From NCBI GenBank assembly GCA_024709225.1, contig JANJXC010000033.1, positions 1,648 to 65,647 of the forward strand: DNA of 64,000 nucleotides, in the 5' to 3' direction. Of this stretch, positions 49,847-60,310 are shown piece by piece. The notes beneath the pieces are model-generated. The model had not been told where the DNA came from, did no database searches, and was given only the letters and a program-made list of their open reading frames with translations. A program made the translations under genes and the position numbers. Position 1 is the first letter of the stretch. Each line of letters opens with the position of its first letter. This stretch comes from Gammaproteobacteria bacterium. Its GTDB lineage: Bacteria; Pseudomonadota; Gammaproteobacteria; Thiohalomonadales; Thiohalomonadaceae.

Positions 49847-51016
49847 CTACCCTGGACCGCGCCTGCCGCCACGGACAAGACTGCCCCGCCCATAACGCTC
49901 GGCCACCTGATCCATCACCGCATCGATGCGGCTCTGCCGTTCCCGCTCGGCCGCGGCGAACAGGTCCGCCTGCCCGCCGTGACTCTCCGCGAAACCACTC
50001 ACCCCGATGCCCAGCAGGCGCAGCGGCGGCAATGGCCGCGGCAGGCGCTGCTCGAACAGGCCCAGCGCTGCGCGGCGGATTTCGTCACTGATATCGGTCG
50101 GTTGCGCCAGAGTTTGAGCCCGGGTAAGGGTGGAGAAGTCCGCCAGGCGTACCTTGAGCTGGACCGTACGCCCCTGCAGGCCGTGGCGACGCAGACGCCA
50201 GGCCACCTGCGCGGCCAGGTCCTGCAGCCAGGCACGCAGCACCTCGCGGTCGTCGATATCGCGGGGAAAGGTGGTTTCCTGAGAGATGGAGCGCGCCTCG
50301 CGTTCGCTCACCACCGGCCGCTCGTCCGCGCCATGGGCCAGCTGCCAGAGCTGGTCGGCAAAATTTCCGAAATGCTGCTGCAGCAGGCGCGGACTGTAGG
50401 CTCGCAGCTGGCCGATACTGGCAATGCCGAGCCGTTCGAACACCCTGGCGCCCACCTTGCCCACCCCCCACAGCCGCCCTACCGGCAGGGGGTCCAGGAA
50501 GGCCTGCACCTGGTCGGGCGCCACCGCCACGAAGCCGTCCGGCTTGTCGATATCGGAGGCTATCTTGGCGACGAACTTGTTCGGCGCGACCCCCACCGAG
50601 GCCACCAGCCCGAGCTCGGTGCGTATTTCCTGCCTGATGCGCCGGCCGATGGCCTCGCCCGACCCGAACAGGCGCTCGCTGCCGGTGACGTCGAGAAAGG
50701 CCTCGTCCAGGGACAGCGGCTCCACCTGCGGGGTGTAGCGGGCAAAGATGGCGTGGATCTGCTGGGAGACTTCGGCGTAGTGCTCGTGCCGCGGCGGCAG
50801 CAGCACCGCCTGCGGGCACAGGCGCAGCGCCGTCGCCGTGGGCATGGCGCTGTGAATACCGTAGCGGCGCGCGGCATAGCTGGCCGCCGCCACCACGCCG
50901 CGGCGCTCGGCGGCGCCGCCGACGATGACCGGCAGCAACGCCAGCTCCGGCCGCGCGCGGATCTCCACCGCGGCGAAGAAGGCGTCCATGTCCACATGGA
51001 GAATGGTGCGCTGCAT
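49847..51016 (-). CDS. dinB: DNA polymerase IV
   Basis: MQRTILHVDMDAFFAAVE..., SLDEAFLDVTG and VGVAPNKFVAKIASD. Confidence 0.95.
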   Translation of the reverse strand: MQRTILHVDMDAFFAAVEIRARPELALLPVIVGGAAERRGVVAAASYAARRYGIHSAMPTATALRLCPQAVLLPPRHEHYAEVSQQIHAIFARYTPQVEPLSLDEAFLDVTGSERLFGSGEAIGRRIRQEIRTELGLVASVGVAPNKFVAKIASDIDKPDGFVAVAPDQVQAFLDPLPVGRLWGVGKVGARVFERLGIASIGQLRAYSPRLLQQHFGNFADQLWQLAHGADERPVVSEREARSISQETTFPRDIDDREVLRAWLQDLAAQVAWRLRRHGLQGRTVQLKVRLADFSTLTRAQTLAQPTDISDEIRRAALGLFEQRLPRPLPPLRLLGIGVSGFAESHGGQADLFAAAERERQSRIDAVMDQVAERYGRGSLVRGGRRGPG

Positions 51017-51060
51017 GGGGCTACAACCAGGGGAAATATCGGAGCCCCAGTTTACACCCG

Positions 51061-51714
51061 TCAGTCGAGGAACAGCGCCTCCAGCCGCTCCAGATCGTTG
51101 AGCACGCGCCAGCTGCCGCCGCCGGCCTCGATGCGCTGACGCCAGTAGGCCAGGCGATCGGAGTATTCGCGCGGGTCGATGTTGTCGCTGCGCAGCTTGC
51201 TCACATTGAGCGCTACCACTTCGTAGCCCTGCATCTGCAAGGGGATGGCCTCGCGCACATAGCCGGCCGCCAGCTCCTCTTTCATATCGGAGAAGATCAG
51301 CACGGTCTTGCGGCCGGGGTTCTTCTCGTCCAGGTATTCGATGGACTGCAGCAGGCCACCGGTGATGTCGGTGTAGGCGCTGGGCTTGACGCCGGCGACG
51401 AACTTGTCGATCTCCTCGCGGAACTGGCGCTTCTGCTGGTTGGCACGGCTGGGCTGGCCATCGAAGGTGACGCGGGCGATGATGTCCTTTTCACTGAAGC
51501 TGCCGGTCTTGATGCGCGCCACGGCAAAGGAATCCCCCGGCTCCAGCTTGGCCAGCACGAAGTTGATGATCTGCTGGGCCTTGTCCAGTTCCTTGGTATA
51601 GGTACCGGAGGTATCGAGCAGCATGTAGACGCCGCGGCTGCGCGAGGTTTCATCGCTGCAGGCGGACAGCAGCAGGGCCACCACGGCAGTCAGCCACAGG
51701 GACAGACGCTTCAT
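51061..51714 (-). CDS. VWA-domain lipoprotein
   Basis: Lipobox LLLSAC after MKRLSLWLTAVVA. MIDAS-like LLDTSGTY ... TDITGG ... VLIFSDM. Its ATG overlaps the upstream stop (ATGA). Confidence 0.75.
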   Translation of the reverse strand: MKRLSLWLTAVVALLLSACSDETSRSRGVYMLLDTSGTYTKELDKAQQIINFVLAKLEPGDSFAVARIKTGSFSEKDIIARVTFDGQPSRANQQKRQFREEIDKFVAGVKPSAYTDITGGLLQSIEYLDEKNPGRKTVLIFSDMKEELAAGYVREAIPLQMQGYEVVALNVSKLRSDNIDPREYSDRLAYWRQRIEAGGGSWRVLNDLERLEALFLD

Positions 51715-53153
51715 GACGACTCCTCCGTGGCCAGGACAGACTCTGTCGTCGTGCGCCGGCGCCGCTGCAGGTACGTCTCCACCCACAGCGGCAGGAAGAT
51801 GATCAGGTCATAGACACGGATCAGCATGTTGCCGCCATGCCGGAATATATTGCCGGACAGGCGCAGCAGGAAGGCTAGGGTACGCAGCAGCCCCTGCGCC
51901 ACCAGGCCGACCACCGTGCGCGATGAATGCACGAAGGACTCCAGCGGGATGGCGACGAAGGTCAGCGCAAAGGGCAGGATGAAGCCCATGCCCATCTGCG
52001 CCGCGGTGGTGATCCACACATTGGCCGCCACCGCTGCCGCCTCCCCCTGCCCGCCCACCAGCGAGGCCACCAGACTGGCGTCGTCCTGCGACAGCTTCTC
52101 GCGCATGAAGGCCAGGCCCGCTTCGATGCTGGCCAGGGCCAGCAGAAACAGAAAGGCCACCCACGCCATGCGTACCCGCAGGCGGTCATCCAGCGCGGCG
52201 ATGATGGGAAACAGCCGGGTGATGCGTAGCGACTCCATCAGGAACAGACCCATCGCCACCTCCACCAGGATGATTACCAGTGCAGCAATGTTGGCAGCCT
52301 TGTAGCCCATGATGTAGCTGCTGCCGCCGACCATTTCCTGCATCGGCCGCGCGATCAGGTGGAAGTTGATGATGGCACCGCCGATGGCGACAGCCAGCAC
52401 GGCGCCGGCAATGAAGAACTGCGTCAGCGAGGAGGAGGACAGCATGCGCTCGGCGCGCGGGCTGCGGTTGAGGATGTCCTCGTAGGAGGCCATGTGTCGA
52501 TCAATGGCGGTGGAACGTTCCAGCAGGCGCGTAACGCGCTTGTCCATCTCGCCCAGCACCCGCGCCACCTTGCGCCACAACGGCATCATCCGGCTCAGGA
52601 TGCGGTGGCGCTTGCTGTTGTCGTTGCGGTACTGCTCGATGGCGGTGCGCTGCGCGCGCACCATGGAGTCGTGGATGTCCTCAAGGATCTCGCCCACCAC
52701 CGGCTCCTTGGGCGCAATCTTGGCCACGGCGTCCACTACCTTGGCCCAGGCCGGCGGCTCCGGCGGTACCTCGCTGCTGGCATGGTAGTCCTGCTCCAGC
52801 CGGGTGATGGCGTCGCTCATCTGGCGCTGCAGGGCGGGATACTCGGCCAGGTCGCGCCGCACCGAGGCGTCGATGCGCTCGAACTCGCGCTCGATGATGC
52901 GCTCCGCCGCCTCACGGCCGGCGGCCAGCAGCACCTCGTTGTTGCGCTGCTTGAGGCGCTGTTCGGCCAGCAATATCGAACGGGCCGCCAGCTTGCAGGC
53001 GTGATGCAACAGACGTGAAGCCGACGCGATGGCCTGATGCGCGCCGGAACGCGCCAGATACAGCAGTGCGACACCCACCACCAGCCAGATCACGCCGGAC
53101 AGCAGCGGCGCCCCCGGTACCAGTAGAAACAGATCCCCTGACGACATAGCCAC
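51711..53153 (-). CDS. hypothetical membrane protein (N-terminal TM, ~200-aa helical/charged region, C-terminal multi-TM bundle)
   Basis: 480 aa, GTG start. Host-like codon usage. No family recognised. Confidence 0.7.
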   Translation of the reverse strand: MAMSSGDLFLLVPGAPLLSGVIWLVVGVALLYLARSGAHQAIASASRLLHHACKLAARSILLAEQRLKQRNNEVLLAAGREAAERIIEREFERIDASVRRDLAEYPALQRQMSDAITRLEQDYHASSEVPPEPPAWAKVVDAVAKIAPKEPVVGEILEDIHDSMVRAQRTAIEQYRNDNSKRHRILSRMMPLWRKVARVLGEMDKRVTRLLERSTAIDRHMASYEDILNRSPRAERMLSSSSLTQFFIAGAVLAVAIGGAIINFHLIARPMQEMVGGSSYIMGYKAANIAALVIILVEVAMGLFLMESLRITRLFPIIAALDDRLRVRMAWVAFLFLLALASIEAGLAFMREKLSQDDASLVASLVGGQGEAAAVAANVWITTAAQMGMGFILPFALTFVAIPLESFVHSSRTVVGLVAQGLLRTLAFLLRLSGNIFRHGGNMLIRVYDLIIFLPLWVETYLQRRRRTTTESVLATEESS

Positions 53154-53257
53154 CTCCCTAGCGGAATAAGTCCCTGCAACGTTATAGGCTATTGGGAGAA
53201 TGGACTGCTATGGGAATCACACTTCCCGGACAGGTGGTCAGGGAACGGTGGTACGAC

Positions 53258-54730
53258 CTACAGGCGGCGGTACAACTCCGCCAGCCGCCGCAGTCGTGGT
53301 GCCCGGTCCGGCGCCACCATGTCCCAGCGAAAGCGCCACTGCCAGTTGCCGCTGGTTGTTCCCGGCGTGTTCATGCGGTGCTCGCCGCCCAGTTCCAGCA
53401 CATCCTGCAGCGGCACAATGGCCAGCCGCGCCACCGAGGCGTAGGCCGCACGGAACAGCGGCCAGGGCATGGCCTCGGCCGGTTGGCCCAGGTACTCCAA
53501 CACGTTGTGGCGCTGGGACTCGCTGCCGCTGTGCCACCAGCCCAGGGTGGTGTCGTTGTCGTGGGTGCCGGTGTAGACCACGCTGTTCTCGCTGTGGTTG
53601 TGCGGCAGATAGGGGTTCTCCGCGCTGCCATCGAACGCGAAGTGCAGGATACGCATGCCGGGCAGGGCGTATTTGTCGCGCAGCGCGGTGACTTCGGCGG
53701 TGATGGTGCCGAGGTCCTCCGCCACCACCGGCAGCGGATCGAAGTGCTCGGCCAGGGCGGCAAACAGGGCATCGCCCGGTGCCTTCATCCAGCGGCCATT
53801 GATGGCCGTGTCCTCGTGTGCGGGGATCTCCCAATAGGCCTCGAAGCCGCGGAAGTGATCGATGCGCACCAGATCGAACAGACGCAGCTGACCCGCCAGA
53901 CGCTGGTGCCACCAGCTAAAGCCGTCGGCCTCCATCCACTCCCAGTCGTAATGGGGATTGCCCCAGCGCTGGCCAGTGGCGGAAAAATAGTCCGGCGGCA
54001 CACCAGCCACCACGGTAGGCCAACCAGCTTCGTCCAGATCGAAACACTGCCGCTGCGCCCACACATCGGCGCTGTCGTGGGCCACAAAGATCGGCATGTC
54101 GCCGAAGATGGCGATACCCTTGCCGTTGGCATACTGTTTGAGCGCCTGCCATTGGCTGTCGAACACGAACTGCTCGAAGCGCAGCACCGCCAACTCCTCG
54201 GCATGGGTCTTGCGCAACACAGCCAGGGCGGCAGGGTCACGGTCGCGCAGCGGCGCCGGCCATTCGGTCCAGCCGCGCCCCTGCTCCAGCCGCTTGATGA
54301 GGCAGAACAGGACGTAATCCTCCAGCCAGTGCGTGCTGGCAACGAACTGCTGCAGGGCCGCGCGCGCGGCATCGTCGGCACGCACCTGAAAGCCCTGCCA
54401 GGCCTGCGTGATGAGCGGGGCCTTGGCCTCGCGCCGCGCCTCGGGCACGGCGGCGTCCAGCCAGCCCTGCGCCTGCAGGGCCTCGATGCTGATCAGCTGC
54501 GGATTACCGGCATGCGCCGACAGGCTTTGGTAGGGTGACAGGTCATCGTGGGTCGGACCCAGCGGCAGCATCTGCCACACCCGCTGGCCGGCCGCGGCGA
54601 GAAAATCGACGAAGTGCCAGGCCTCGGCGCCCAGGTCGCCGCAATGCCACGGCCCGGGCAGTGAAGTGGGGTGCAGCAGGATACCGGCCTGGCGTCCTTG
54701 CAATGGGGTGTGGGCGATGTGATGAGTCAT
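53258..54730 (-). CDS. malQ: 4-alpha-glucanotransferase
   Basis: AGILLHPTSLPG..., RIDHFRGF, and the GH77 motifs DLGTIT and PGTT.GNW.WR. Confidence 0.92.
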   Translation of the reverse strand: MTHHIAHTPLQGRQAGILLHPTSLPGPWHCGDLGAEAWHFVDFLAAAGQRVWQMLPLGPTHDDLSPYQSLSAHAGNPQLISIEALQAQGWLDAAVPEARREAKAPLITQAWQGFQVRADDAARAALQQFVASTHWLEDYVLFCLIKRLEQGRGWTEWPAPLRDRDPAALAVLRKTHAEELAVLRFEQFVFDSQWQALKQYANGKGIAIFGDMPIFVAHDSADVWAQRQCFDLDEAGWPTVVAGVPPDYFSATGQRWGNPHYDWEWMEADGFSWWHQRLAGQLRLFDLVRIDHFRGFEAYWEIPAHEDTAINGRWMKAPGDALFAALAEHFDPLPVVAEDLGTITAEVTALRDKYALPGMRILHFAFDGSAENPYLPHNHSENSVVYTGTHDNDTTLGWWHSGSESQRHNVLEYLGQPAEAMPWPLFRAAYASVARLAIVPLQDVLELGGEHRMNTPGTTSGNWQWRFRWDMVAPDRAPRLRRLAELYRRL

Positions 54731-54741
54731 GCAGACCTTGT

Positions 54742-54804
54742 CTAGGTGCTAGGGACTAGTAGCTAGGGGCTAGCGGACCATTCCTAGCCCCTAGAACCTA
54801 GCCC
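54742..54804. repeat. hairpin element with heptamer-word arms (CTAGNNN x5 / CTAGNNN x3)
   Basis: ctaggtg ctaggga ctagtag ctagggg ctagcgg | accattc | ctagccc ctagaac ctagccc, strictly in 7-nt register. It lies between malQ and the GH57 gene. Confidence 0.85.
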
Positions 54805-54818
54805 CTCATCCCTGTGTT

Positions 54819-56519
54819 CTATGTATTTTCCTGGCCACGGCGCATCACGCCGCCCATCTGCGGCTTGCCGCCGCCATGGAACAGGACGTGAGTGATGGTT
54901 TCCGGCGGCTCCTCGCCGATGAGGCGGTAGAGCTTGGCGAGCTGCATGCGGAACAGGCGCTCGAAATCACGTACCGAATCGGCCGGATTATAGTCACCAA
55001 ACCACCAGAACCAGTCGGATCCCTCGCATACCCCGAGCTGCAGCTCTGCTTCGCGCAGACGCTCGCCGCTCAGGCGCCCGGTCGCCACAACGGCATCGAA
55101 GGCACGTTTGGCGTCAGCCAGCAGATCCCAGGCGTGATTCTTGTCGGTCTCGCCGATCCAGGTGGAAAAAGTACCGTATACCCAGCTGCCGGCCACCAGT
55201 TCAGACAAGGGGGTGGGCTCCAGGCCGGCATCGATGCATTCGCTGAAGGTGGTGAGTTCCAGCGCGGGATGCGCGGCCAGGCGGCGATACAGTGCGGACA
55301 GGAAATGGAAGCCGTTTTCCGGGTAATACTCCCACGCATTTTCGCCATCCATGATGATGGAGACCACGCGGTTGGGCTCCTCGGCGCAGGCGACAGCAAT
55401 GTTCTCCAGATGATGCAGCAGGTTGCCCACGGCATCGTCGGCATGCCAGTTGGCATAGGTGAAGCCGATGAGGTCGGACAGGCCGTCGTCGCGGAAGAAA
55501 CACTGCATGTCGACGCCATCCACATGGTAGGGACGATGGATGCACTGACTGCGCGGCATGCCGGAATGGTGCAGGCTGTTGCGCAGCACGCTCTCGCCGC
55601 TGGCCGCCCAGGCAAAGCCCTCTTCGGCCAGCAGATGCACGGTGGCAGTACTGACGCTGCCCTCGGAGGGCCAGCAGCCGCGCGGCCGCATGCCGAAGTG
55701 CTGTTCGAACACGCGGATACCCTCGCGCACATGCCAGCGCGAGCGTGCTTCGCCACCAGGGTACTGACTCAGCAGCGGCAGGCGCACTTCGGGCATGGCC
55801 TCGCGCGCCGACTGGATATCCAGCAACAGCGGCACAATCGGATGGGCATAGGGCGTCACCGACAGTTCCACACGCCCGTCCTGCGCCAGGCGCCGGTAAC
55901 GCGGCACCACACTGTCCAGCAACTCGCCGATCAGCTCCAGCAAAAGACGCCGTTCGGACTGGGAATAACCGGAAGCACGCTCCATCAGCTGCTGCACGCG
56001 GCTGTCACCACGCCGCACCGTTTCACCGATCCAGGCCAGGTGATACCACACCAACATATCGATCAGATACTGCTCGTCCAGATAGCGCACCATGTGCGGC
56101 GCCCCATCCACACAGCGGGCGATATCGGCCAGCAGGCGAAACTGGGGAAAGCGATCGATGAGACGGATTTCATTGGCGCGCAGGCAATTCTTGATCAGCA
56201 GCAGGCGCGGTTCCGCGTCGGCCGGCAGCGCCGGCGCCACCAGCGCCGCCAGCAGCGGATCGCGCAACGGCGTGCCCTGACGCAGATAATCGCGTACCAT
56301 CAGGGCATAATCGTCGAGCTGCTCGAGCAGCGTGGGCGCGAAATTGACCACTGCACGCGCACCGGGCACCGCCTCGATGATCGCCGCCATATCGACATAG
56401 TCCTTGATGGCGTGCAGATAGGTCCACGGCAGCTGGTACTGGCCGCTTTCCAGATCGAAGTACTGCGGCTGGTGCATGTGCCAGCACAGCACAACCTTCA
56501 AACGCGGCTTATCGGACAT
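54819..56519 (-). CDS. glycoside hydrolase family 57 protein
   Basis: [20 protein letters not shown]..., a typical GH57 N-terminus. Start chosen at ATG 56519, giving an 11-nt overlap with glgC. Confidence 0.85.
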   Translation of the reverse strand: MSDKPRLKVVLCWHMHQPQYFDLESGQYQLPWTYLHAIKDYVDMAAIIEAVPGARAVVNFAPTLLEQLDDYALMVRDYLRQGTPLRDPLLAALVAPALPADAEPRLLLIKNCLRANEIRLIDRFPQFRLLADIARCVDGAPHMVRYLDEQYLIDMLVWYHLAWIGETVRRGDSRVQQLMERASGYSQSERRLLLELIGELLDSVVPRYRRLAQDGRVELSVTPYAHPIVPLLLDIQSAREAMPEVRLPLLSQYPGGEARSRWHVREGIRVFEQHFGMRPRGCWPSEGSVSTATVHLLAEEGFAWAASGESVLRNSLHHSGMPRSQCIHRPYHVDGVDMQCFFRDDGLSDLIGFTYANWHADDAVGNLLHHLENIAVACAEEPNRVVSIIMDGENAWEYYPENGFHFLSALYRRLAAHPALELTTFSECIDAGLEPTPLSELVAGSWVYGTFSTWIGETDKNHAWDLLADAKRAFDAVVATGRLSGERLREAELQLGVCEGSDWFWWFGDYNPADSVRDFERLFRMQLAKLYRLIGEEPPETITHVLFHGGGKPQMGGVMRRGQENT

Positions 56520-57777
56520 GGTGCAGCTCTTGTCCCAGCATTTCCGGACACACCAGGACCACGCCACCCTCGCTCACATGAAAACGTTTCGCATCCTGCA
56601 CCAGGTCTTCGCCGATCACGGTGCCGTCGGGAATGATGCAGCCCTTGTCGATCACCGCCTTGCTGATGCGGCAATGTTCGCCGATGGTGACATCGGGCAG
56701 AATGACCGAGTCTTCTACCTTGGCATAGGAATTGATGCGCACATTGGAGAACAGCAGGGAGTGCCGCACACTGCCACCGGAGATGATGCAACCGCCGGAC
56801 ACCATGGAGTCCACTGCCATGCCGCGCCGGTCGTCATCGTCGAACACGAACTTGGCCGGCGGCAGCTGTTCCTGGTAGGTCCAGATGGGCCACTCGTTGT
56901 CGTACATGTTCAGCTCCGGCGTCACGCCGATCAGCTCCATGTTGGCCGACCAGTAGGAGTCCACCGTTCCCACGTCGCGCCAGTAGGCCTGGCTGCCGGT
57001 GATCGGGTCGCGGAACGGATAGGCAAATACGCGGTATTTGTGGATCACGCCGGGAATGATGTTCTTGCCGAAGTCGCGCTCGGAACCGATGCTCTCGGCG
57101 TCGCGCACCAGCTGCTCGAACAGGAACTTGGTGTTGAACACGTAAATGCCCATGGACGCCAGTGCCTCGCCGGGGCGACCGGGAATGGACTCCGGCTGTG
57201 GCGGCTTTTCGGTAAAGCCGGTGACACGCCACTCGCCGTCCACCGCCATCACGCCAAAGGCCTTGGCGGTGTCCAGCGGCACCTCGAAACAGCCGATGGT
57301 CAGGTCGGCCTCGTGCTCCACGTGATAGGCCAGCATCGGGCCATAGTCCATCTTGTAGATATGGTCACCGGCGAGGATCAGCACATATTCCGGATTATGA
57401 GCGCGGATGATGTCCAGGTTCTGGAATACGGCGTCGGCGGTGCCGGCATACCAGCTGCCACCGGTACGCTGCTGGGCCGGCAGCAGCTCGACGAACTCAC
57501 CCAGCTCCGTGCGCTGAAAGCTCCAGCCACGCTGCAGATGACGGATCATCGAGTGCGCCTTGTACTGGGTAACGACACCGATGCGGCGGATACCCGAATT
57601 GAAGCAGTTGGACAGAGGGAAATCGATGATGCGGAACTTGCCGCCAAACGGCACCGCCGGCTTGGCGCGCCACTGCGTCAGCCCCTTGAGGCGGGTGCCG
57701 CTGCCGCCGGCGAGAATCAGCGCCAGGGTATCGCGGGTAAGACGGCTGACAAAACGTGGAGTACGGAACTCGGGCAT
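56509..57777 (-). CDS. glgC: glucose-1-phosphate adenylyltransferase
   Basis: [41 protein letters not shown]. Confidence 0.95.
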   Translation of the reverse strand: MPEFRTPRFVSRLTRDTLALILAGGSGTRLKGLTQWRAKPAVPFGGKFRIIDFPLSNCFNSGIRRIGVVTQYKAHSMIRHLQRGWSFQRTELGEFVELLPAQQRTGGSWYAGTADAVFQNLDIIRAHNPEYVLILAGDHIYKMDYGPMLAYHVEHEADLTIGCFEVPLDTAKAFGVMAVDGEWRVTGFTEKPPQPESIPGRPGEALASMGIYVFNTKFLFEQLVRDAESIGSERDFGKNIIPGVIHKYRVFAYPFRDPITGSQAYWRDVGTVDSYWSANMELIGVTPELNMYDNEWPIWTYQEQLPPAKFVFDDDDRRGMAVDSMVSGGCIISGGSVRHSLLFSNVRINSYAKVEDSVILPDVTIGEHCRISKAVIDKGCIIPDGTVIGEDLVQDAKRFHVSEGGVVLVCPEMLGQELHHVR

Positions 57778-58011
57778 GTGACCTCCTTGAATTCGTTATA
57801 GTAATAGTTATGAGTTATCGTGCCGTTGTCGCCAACACGCATGTCGGCGGCAGATCCGGAAAAAACGGCAGATTTATTGACTTCATACCCGATTGCAGCA
57901 CCTGCCGCAAGAGCGGAACCGAACCGAACGATAAATCGATACCACAGGCCTGTTGCTGTGATATTAATTAGCGTCTGAATATTCATCACTGCCGGAAGCA
58001 AAGTATCTGTT

Positions 58012-60186
58012 ATGAGCGAATTGCCTGACGCCCACCGCCGCATCCTCGAGGCCCGCCACCACGACCCCTTCAACGTACTCGGCCGGCACCAGGAAGGCGA
58101 CGTCACCATCATCCGCAGCCTGATCCCCGCTGCGGCGGAGGCCGCCGTCGAAGGCAACGACGGCCCGCTGCCCATGGCACGGCTGCACAACAGCGACCTG
58201 TTCGAGTGGCGCGGCGACGGCAGTGCCGTACCCCTGCGCTACCGGGTGCAGTGGCGTGACGGCAGTGGCCGCAGTCATGCCATCCATGACCCCTACTGTT
58301 TCCCTCCACAATTGGGGGACTTCGATCTCTACCTGTTCGGCGAGGGCCGCCACCACCATGCCTACCGCTTCCTCGGCGCCCACCCGCGCTGCATCGACGG
58401 CATCGATGGCGTGCAGTTCGCGGTATGGGCGCCCAACGCCGAACGCGTCAGCGTGGTGGGCGACTTCAACCGCTGGGATGGCCGCTGCCACTCCATGCGT
58501 ACCCGCGGCGGCGGCGGCGTGTGGGAGCTGTTCATCCCCGGCCTGCAGCCGGGCACGCTGTACAAGTTCGAGCTGCGCCACCGCGACAGCGGTGCCGTGG
58601 TGGTCAAGACCGATCCCTACGGCCGCCGCTTCGAGTTGCGCCCGGCCACCGCCGCCGTGGTCGATAGCCAGAGCCGCTATCCCTGGCAGGACGGCGACTG
58701 GCTGCGCGCCCGCGGCAGCCGCGACTGGCTGCACACCCCGATGAGCATCTATGAGGTGCACCTGGGTTCCTGGCAGAAGGACGAGAAGTGCCACTTCCTC
58801 GGCTACCGCGAACTGGCGCAGCGCCTGGTGGACTATGTGAAGCCCATGGGCTTCACCCACATCGAGCTGCTGCCCATCACCGAACACCCGCTGGACGGCT
58901 CCTGGGGCTACCAGAGCACCGGCTACTACGCCGCCACCAGCCGCTTCGGCCACCCCGACGACCTGCGCTACCTCATCGACCTGTGCCACCAGAACGGCAT
59001 CGGCGTGATCCTCGACTGGGTGCCGGCCCACTTTCCGCGCGACGCCTTCGCCCTGGCCCGCTTCGACGGCAGCCCGTTGTACGAACACGAGGACCCGCGC
59101 CGCGGCGAACACCGCGACTGGGGCACCCTGATCTTCAACTACGGCCGCAACGAGGTGAAAAACTTCCTCATCTCCAGCGCGGTGTACTGGATGCAGGAAT
59201 TCCACATCGACGCCCTGCGCGTCGACGCCGTCGCCTCCATGCTCTATCTGGACTACTCGCGCCAGCCCGGCGACTGGCTGCCCAACGTCTACGGCGGGCG
59301 GGAGAACCTGGAGGCCATCGCCTTCATGCAGGAACTGAACAGCGTGGTGCACGAGCAGTTCCCCGGCGCCCTCACCATGGCCGAGGAATCCACCGCCTGG
59401 CCCATGGTGTCGCGCCCGGTGTCCATGGGCGGCCTGGGCTTTTCGCTGAAATGGAACATGGGCTGGATGAACGACACCCTGAGCTATATGCACAAGGAGC
59501 CGGTGCATCGTGCCTTCCATCACGACATGCTCACCTTCGGCCTGCTCTACGCCTTCAGCGAAAACTTCATCCTGCCCTTCTCCCACGACGAGGTGGTACA
59601 CGGCAAGCGTTCCATGCTGGACAAGATGCCGGGCGACGAGTGGCAGCGCTTCGCCAACCTGCGCCTGCTCTACACCTACATGTACACCATGCCGGGCAAG
59701 AAGCTGCTGTTCATGGGCGACGAATTCGCCCAGGGCAAGGAGTGGGACGACGACCAGCCGCTGGACTGGTACCTGCTGGAGCGGCCGCAGCACCAGGGGG
59801 TGCACCGCCTGGTCACCGACCTGAACCGCCTGTACCGCGAGCAGCGTTCCCTGCACTATTACGATTTCGAGGGCCAGGGCTTCGAGTGGATCGACTGCCA
59901 CGACGACCGCGCCTCCCTGCTCAGCTACGTGCGCCGTGCCGGCGAGGAGCTGGTGGTGGTGGCCCTCAACTTCACCCCGGTGCCGCACCAGCACTACCGC
60001 CTCGGCGTGCCCCGCCCCGGCAACTACGAGGTGGTGTTCAATTCGGACTCCGGCTACTACGGCGGCAGCAATGTCGGCAGCCCCGGCCCGCTGCAGAGCG
60101 AGGCCATCCCGCACATGGGCCGGCAGTGGTCGGTACAATTGCCGCTACCCCCACTCGCAGGCATCGTACTAAGATTGAAACTCTGA
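58012..60186 (+). CDS. glgB: 1,4-alpha-glucan branching enzyme
   Basis: 724 aa with GH13 motifs [23 protein letters not shown], and MAEESTAWP. Confidence 0.95.
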   Translation: MSELPDAHRRILEARHHDPFNVLGRHQEGDVTIIRSLIPAAAEAAVEGNDGPLPMARLHNSDLFEWRGDGSAVPLRYRVQWRDGSGRSHAIHDPYCFPPQLGDFDLYLFGEGRHHHAYRFLGAHPRCIDGIDGVQFAVWAPNAERVSVVGDFNRWDGRCHSMRTRGGGGVWELFIPGLQPGTLYKFELRHRDSGAVVVKTDPYGRRFELRPATAAVVDSQSRYPWQDGDWLRARGSRDWLHTPMSIYEVHLGSWQKDEKCHFLGYRELAQRLVDYVKPMGFTHIELLPITEHPLDGSWGYQSTGYYAATSRFGHPDDLRYLIDLCHQNGIGVILDWVPAHFPRDAFALARFDGSPLYEHEDPRRGEHRDWGTLIFNYGRNEVKNFLISSAVYWMQEFHIDALRVDAVASMLYLDYSRQPGDWLPNVYGGRENLEAIAFMQELNSVVHEQFPGALTMAEESTAWPMVSRPVSMGGLGFSLKWNMGWMNDTLSYMHKEPVHRAFHHDMLTFGLLYAFSENFILPFSHDEVVHGKRSMLDKMPGDEWQRFANLRLLYTYMYTMPGKKLLFMGDEFAQGKEWDDDQPLDWYLLERPQHQGVHRLVTDLNRLYREQRSLHYYDFEGQGFEWIDCHDDRASLLSYVRRAGEELVVVALNFTPVPHQHYRLGVPRPGNYEVVFNSDSGYYGGSNVGSPGPLQSEAIPHMGRQWSVQLPLPPLAGIVLRLKL

Positions 60187-60310
60187 CCTGCATCCGTCCG
60201 CCGCCGGCAGAGGCCGGCGGTCGACCCCGCCGGGGATAACACGGAAGGATCCATAACAATATGCAGCGCCACCCCCACTGACAGGAACAGGCCGCTGCGG
60301 GAAGACCGCC

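Noticed and set aside
57756-57971. 71-aa and 157-aa ORFs in the glgC-glgB intergenic region
   Set aside because: They lie in an AT-rich divergent promoter region. They have no RBS and odd composition (Cys-rich tail), and they overlap the glgC start.
57964-60138. 724-aa minus-strand ORF, plus 58788..60239 (+)
   Set aside because: These are antisense to or out of frame with glgB, whose GH13 motifs are unambiguous.
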